From the NCBI GenBank assembly GCA_043228905.1, contig JBHGNT010000022.1, forward strand, positions 682,001 through 746,000: a DNA stretch of 64,000 nucleotides. The letters are read 5' to 3'. Both the position numbers and the translations under genes were made by a program. Source of the DNA: Azolla caroliniana. Its lineage: Eukaryota; Plantae; Polypodiophyta. Shown here one piece after another: positions 59,006 to 64,000 of this stretch. Position 1 is the first letter of the stretch. The number at the start of each line of letters is the position of its first letter. The notes beneath the pieces are model-generated. The model worked only from the letters and a program-made list of their open reading frames with translations. It searched no databases and was not told the DNA's origin.

Positions 59006-60735
59006 CATATTCCCATTACATGAAAACATAAAGAAGATAAATATTCTAACAATACCTTAAAAGAGGAAAAAATAAAAACCAAAAAATGCAGCAAATATTT
59101 CTATAAATATTCGCATTCGAATGATTTAGGTATGCTCTTTAATGTTTAATGTGATTTGGCTCAATCGACATATCTACAGATATGTGTGCGCATGCATGTA
59201 CATTTAAGTGTACATGATTTAGTGCATATATGTGTGTGTGTATTTAGGAGCTATTATGTATCTCTGTGTATAAAGTGTGTAGATTTATACGCAAAAGTAT
59301 GACTATGAGAGAATGAGTGTGTGTATACTATTAAAGTATAATTATAAATGTTTTTATGTTTGGGTTTGTATATGTACATGTGTAAGTACGTATATGTTTA
59401 TGTATAAGTGTTTACATGAGTCTGTGCATTTATGTGTTTGAGAATGTATGAGTACATATATGTTTGTTCAAGCGCTCAAGTTTGTGTGCATATGTATTTG
59501 TAGTTTGTTGGGAACGAAGGGGCATTTAGGGAATGTGAAAGTTCCTCAACCTCATTTCTCTTTAGGTAGGTCTTTAGGTAGGGGGAAGGGTAATGGAAAT
59601 GCTAAGGTATGTGTGTGATGTGGGTGATGCCTCATGGTTTTAGGACCGACATTGCATGTCAGTTGCCGACACTAACTTATGATTGTTGTATCCCCTTGGG
59701 GAGCCGCCAACAACTCCTCCCTTCCTCTCTTTGCTACGCATTTCTCCCTTCATCCTCTCTTTGCTACGCCTCCATCTCTTGGGCTTTATCTTCATCTATA
59801 GGGGGCCCTCTTTGTCTCTACACCTTCTTTCACCTTGTTTTGCCTCTAGGCCTTCATATCTAGAGACAAAATAGGTTCTTAATATGATTATATCAAACTA
59901 ATGATATTATTGTAAATAAAGAATAAATAAGTGAGGATAGTGTTCCTCCTTACCACTTCTTAGCAAAGGATTTTAGATGATCTTTAAACCCAAGTGGTGT
60001 CCTATACCATGGTGTGTGGTCTAGAGATGTACCTTGACTTAGATTATATGATAGGCGCCTTGATGCAAGAGCTTCACCACATCACCAAAGTCTAAGAGTC
60101 TCACTGATAAGATAATAAAATGAGGTGGCTAGTCCCATATTTATATCTTAAGCCAAAGGCCCTTTAATCGCCACGTAGGTGCCTAAAAACAGGTGGCTTG
60201 CAATGGGTACAAAATAGTACTTCAAGTTCATTGAAGAGAGTTGTGCAGTTGCAAATGCACATTCTAATTGGGAAAAGTGGTTCACCATCTAGTTTTAATT
60301 TGATGATATAGACAACACAAATTGGTTCATTGACAAAGGTAATTTGATTTACTATAAAATATTGTGTGAGTTTAATGTGGAATGACTCGAAATGCTAGAT
60401 TCTACTTTGAAGATAATAGGAGCAAGGAAGATTAGAGTGATGTTCATGGTGGAGGCTAGGTGATATGTGTGTTACTTGGCAAGATGAAGATAGTCTACTA
60501 GGGTTACAAATACAAGAATGGATAAAATAGTGATATCAATTGATTTCCAAGTATAAAGAACAATAAACCACATTGGGTGTGGATTTTATACCTAAAACAA
60601 GTATATGGAATGCCAACAAACACAAGCGATGTGGATGCACATGGCACACATGGCCCCTTGACTATATATGGAATACCAATGAGCATAACATCAATGAGGA
60701 AGCGCATGGCCCTTAAATGTATGTGACTACATTAT

Positions 60736-63700
60736 TGAAAAGAATGGCGTGCGGAAGCAATATAGGAAAATGAACAACAGAAAACATAGGTTTAATGGAA
60801 AGCTTAGGTTTGCACAGTACGCACGGGAGAGACAGAGAGAGAGAGAGTAAAAACCAAAACTATATTCAAAATAATACTCAATCTGTACATCGTGTGTGTT
60901 CAATGAACACTTTTATACAAGTCCTTTTCGGACTGACAGAAGTACTGATAGTACTTCAATGCTCATTAAGGATCCCCTACACTAACTCCCAAATATATTC
61001 CTTGCGGAATACCTTTCCGATGGCCTCACGGTTTCTGCACCGATCCAGCCTTCCTACGCACCGGTCTGCGTACCGGTACCGATCCGGCCTAACCGATTGG
61101 TCCCAACCGATCCGTTCCTCGGCTTGCTCAGCCGATCCGGCCGATGTTGAGCTTGTCTCTCAACACTCCCCCTCAAGCTCAACTTGAGGCTCTTCGGGAT
61201 CTTCTGGTTCACCGCTCTGGTTCCTCCTAGCTCCACGCCTTGCTCGCGCTCCTCGGCCTGTTCGACTCCGCGCGCTTCGACCCTTCCGGTCGGCTTGTCT
61301 ACTTCCACGGCCCTTCACAACTCCCTTGTTGTCACGGTGTTGGCGCTTCTCCTGTTGCCTTCTTTTCTGCTTGGCCCTCGATTGAATCAATGTATCCGAA
61401 TCAAACATCCAAACTGACTCGGCTACCTCCAATCGGTTTTCGCTCTCGTCCGAGTTGGTTGTCTCCAACTCGTCTTCGGTCTTCTCGCCCTTGATGGCGT
61501 CATCTCCCCCATGCTTGGTTGGCTTCGGCTCTTTCTTTCGGTTGCTCCCCTTATGTCCGCTCTCTTCCACGGATCCGCCCTCGGCTTCTTCAGCCGATCC
61601 GAAGTCGAATTCGTCATTCGACTTGGTGTCGTGGCCTCTTCCGCTCCCTTCCTACTCCCTTGCTCGGTCTTTCGAGACTGTTCTCCCCCTCAAGTTTGGC
61701 ACGTCGAGGTGACGCAACCCAAGCGCACCCGAGCATTACCGCAACTTGTCTAGACCAAGGGGTTTGGTGAAGATGTCGGCAATTTGCCGATCCGTCGGAA
61801 CATACTGAAGTTCGACTTCACCAGAAAGGACACGCTCACGGACAAAATGGTAGTGCACCTCAATGTGCTTGGTCCGTGCATGGAAAACGGGGTTTTCGCG
61901 AGCTGGATGCTGTTGAGGTTGTCGCAGTAGATCGTCGTCGGATCGGACACCTCCTCTTGCAGGTCCTTAAGTAGCCGCTTCAACCATATGGCTTTGCATT
62001 TCGCGACAGCCGCTCCTCGATACTTAGCTTCGGTGCTCGACAATGCAACTGTCAGCTGCTTCTTACTGCTCCACGCTATCACGGCACTCCCAAGAGAGAA
62101 CGCGTATCCAGACGTGGATCGGCGATCGGCGGCGTTGCCAGCCCAATCAACATTGGTGTAGCCGACCAACTGCAAGGTTGTACCAGTCCAGTATAGTAGT
62201 CCCCAGTCCTTAGTGCCACTTACGTACCGCAGTACGCGTTGCGCACACTGAAGGTGCTCCTCAGTAGGTCGCGCCATGAACTGACTGATCACCCCGACCG
62301 GGTAACCGAGATCAGGTCAGGTGATTGTCAAGTAGATAAGGCTTCCGACAATTTGTCGGAACCTCATCGGGTCGCATACCTTTCCGGAGTTGGGGCGAAG
62401 CTTGATGGTTCTATCCAGAGCAGTCGAGACGGACTTACAGTCGGCCATCCCGAATTTGAAGAACATACTCAACACATAATGGTGTTGGCTGATCAATATG
62501 CCTTTGGGGTTATGGATCACTTTGATCCCGAGGAAGTAATGAAGATCCCCCAGGTCCTTCATGTGAAACGATGCCGCAAGCTGGAGCTTCACCCCGGTCG
62601 ATTTCACCTAGGTCGGTGCCGGTGATGACCAAGTCATCAACATATAGTAAAATACTGACTGGATCGAGTCCATCTTTCCGGATGAACAAGGAAGGGTCTG
62701 ATTTTGACGTTGCAAAGCCCATCCGACTTAGTTGCTACGTCATCTTCGCGTTCCAGGCATGCGGGGCGTGCTTCAGTCCGTAAAGGGACTTCTACAATCG
62801 GCACACTACCGACGTGTTCGTTCCGGAGTGAAATCTAGGGGGTTGTACCATGTACACCTATTCCTCAAGCTCACCTTGTAGGAACACATTCTTTACATCC
62901 ATCTGATGTAAGTGCCACCCCTTTGCTGCAGCTATCGCGAGCAAAACACGGACGGTCGTCATCTTCGTGACCGGCGCAAACGTCTCATCGTAGTCGATGC
63001 CGTGTTTCTGCGTGTAGCCTTTTGCCACTAACCGAGCCTTGTATCGGTTGACCGAGTTGTCGGTGTCGTACTTGACCTTGTACACCCACCTACATCTGAT
63101 CGGCTTCACACCCTTCGGTGCATCAACCAGATCCCCGGTCTTGTTTTCCGCCAATGCATGCATCTCTTCCTCCATGGCGGTGCTCCAATTCGTGTCCTTA
63201 GCCGCTTCTGTGTAGCTCTCCAGCTCATGCACTTCCGCTACACGGGTCATGTACGCATAATGATGCGCCATGTACTCGTTGTATCCGAACCGCACAACTA
63301 GGTTCTTCTGGCGGGTAGATCGGCATAATCGGTCATTAGCCGATGTCGAGGTCTTCTCGGCCGACGCGGATTTCGCTCTTGAAGACCCGTCACCGCTTCC
63401 CTCGGTGTCGGACTCGTGTCGGTTTGACTCGTTCTTATCCGTGCCGGAATCCGACACCTTCTTCTTCCCTTTCTCTTTGCGCGTAGGCCGTCTCCTCGGC
63501 TTCCTGCATGGGGAATGCACGACCGAGTCTCCACTACTTGCCAGCGCTTCATCGGACTGGTCGAACCGACTCAGTTGTCCATTCGGTCCACTTAACCGAA
63601 ACGAAATCGAACTCTCTTCAAGGGTCCCGATTTCAGGCTCATCCGGAGGCATCTCAATCTTGCTGACCTCATCGTTAGAGCTCAGATTGGAGTTGAGATC

Positions 63701-64000
63701 CGGAGTCGTAGGCAAGTACCAGGACGCGGACTCATCAAACACAACGTCACGGCTAACGCACGCTTGTTTGGTGTGCGGGTTATAACACTTATAACCCTTT
63801 TGCTCGTCCGAGTAACCGACCAAGGTACATTTCTCGGCCTTTGTGTCCAACTTCCTCCGTTTCTCCTTTGGCACATGCACATACGCAATGCTACCGAAAA
63901 CTCGTAAGTGTCGCAAGTTCGGCTTCATTCTGAAATATAGCTCGTGCGCCGATGCTTTGTCTCCGATCCGGTTCTGGATGTATACCGCGGTCCTTACTGT
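60736..64000 (-). mobile_element. Ty1/copia element (3' part): LTR 60736-61165, RNase H, RT, integrase C-terminus; continues beyond the window
   Basis: PPT gagggggag before tgttgag; [49 protein letters not shown]. Confidence 0.95.

Overview
Eukaryotic, non-seed land-plant-like (probably bryophyte; inferred) genomic DNA that is mostly nested retrotransposons, with two intact host genes. The first is a 9-exon ethanolamine-phosphate cytidylyltransferase (PECT1-like, 22119-27533 +, 433 aa). The second is a 3-exon LURP-one-related/Tubby-C-like gene (45360-46756 -, 231 aa). Positions 1-15200 are a five-layer nest built around a full-length non-chromovirus Ty3/gypsy element (3289-12963, 433-bp LTRs, TSD TATAT) that carries two extra ORFs downstream of pol. 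The rest contains a non-autonomous LTR element with a tRNA-Trp PBS (31763-38166), many solo LTRs, chromovirus and copia remnants, LINE fragments, a foldback, tandem repeats and telomere-like repeats. The most striking patterns are: (1) every TGTCRT...GACA-ended LTR with both ends visible (7 of 7) sits in a 4-bp target-site duplication centred on CG; (2) many LTRs carry tRNA-like A-box/B-box modules in a recurring orientation; (3) three diverged copies of the gypsy family keep an in-frame TAG at the junction of the two accessory ORFs; (4) that family has a conserved non-purine motif where the PPT should be. All coordinates were read by eye and no database searches were run.
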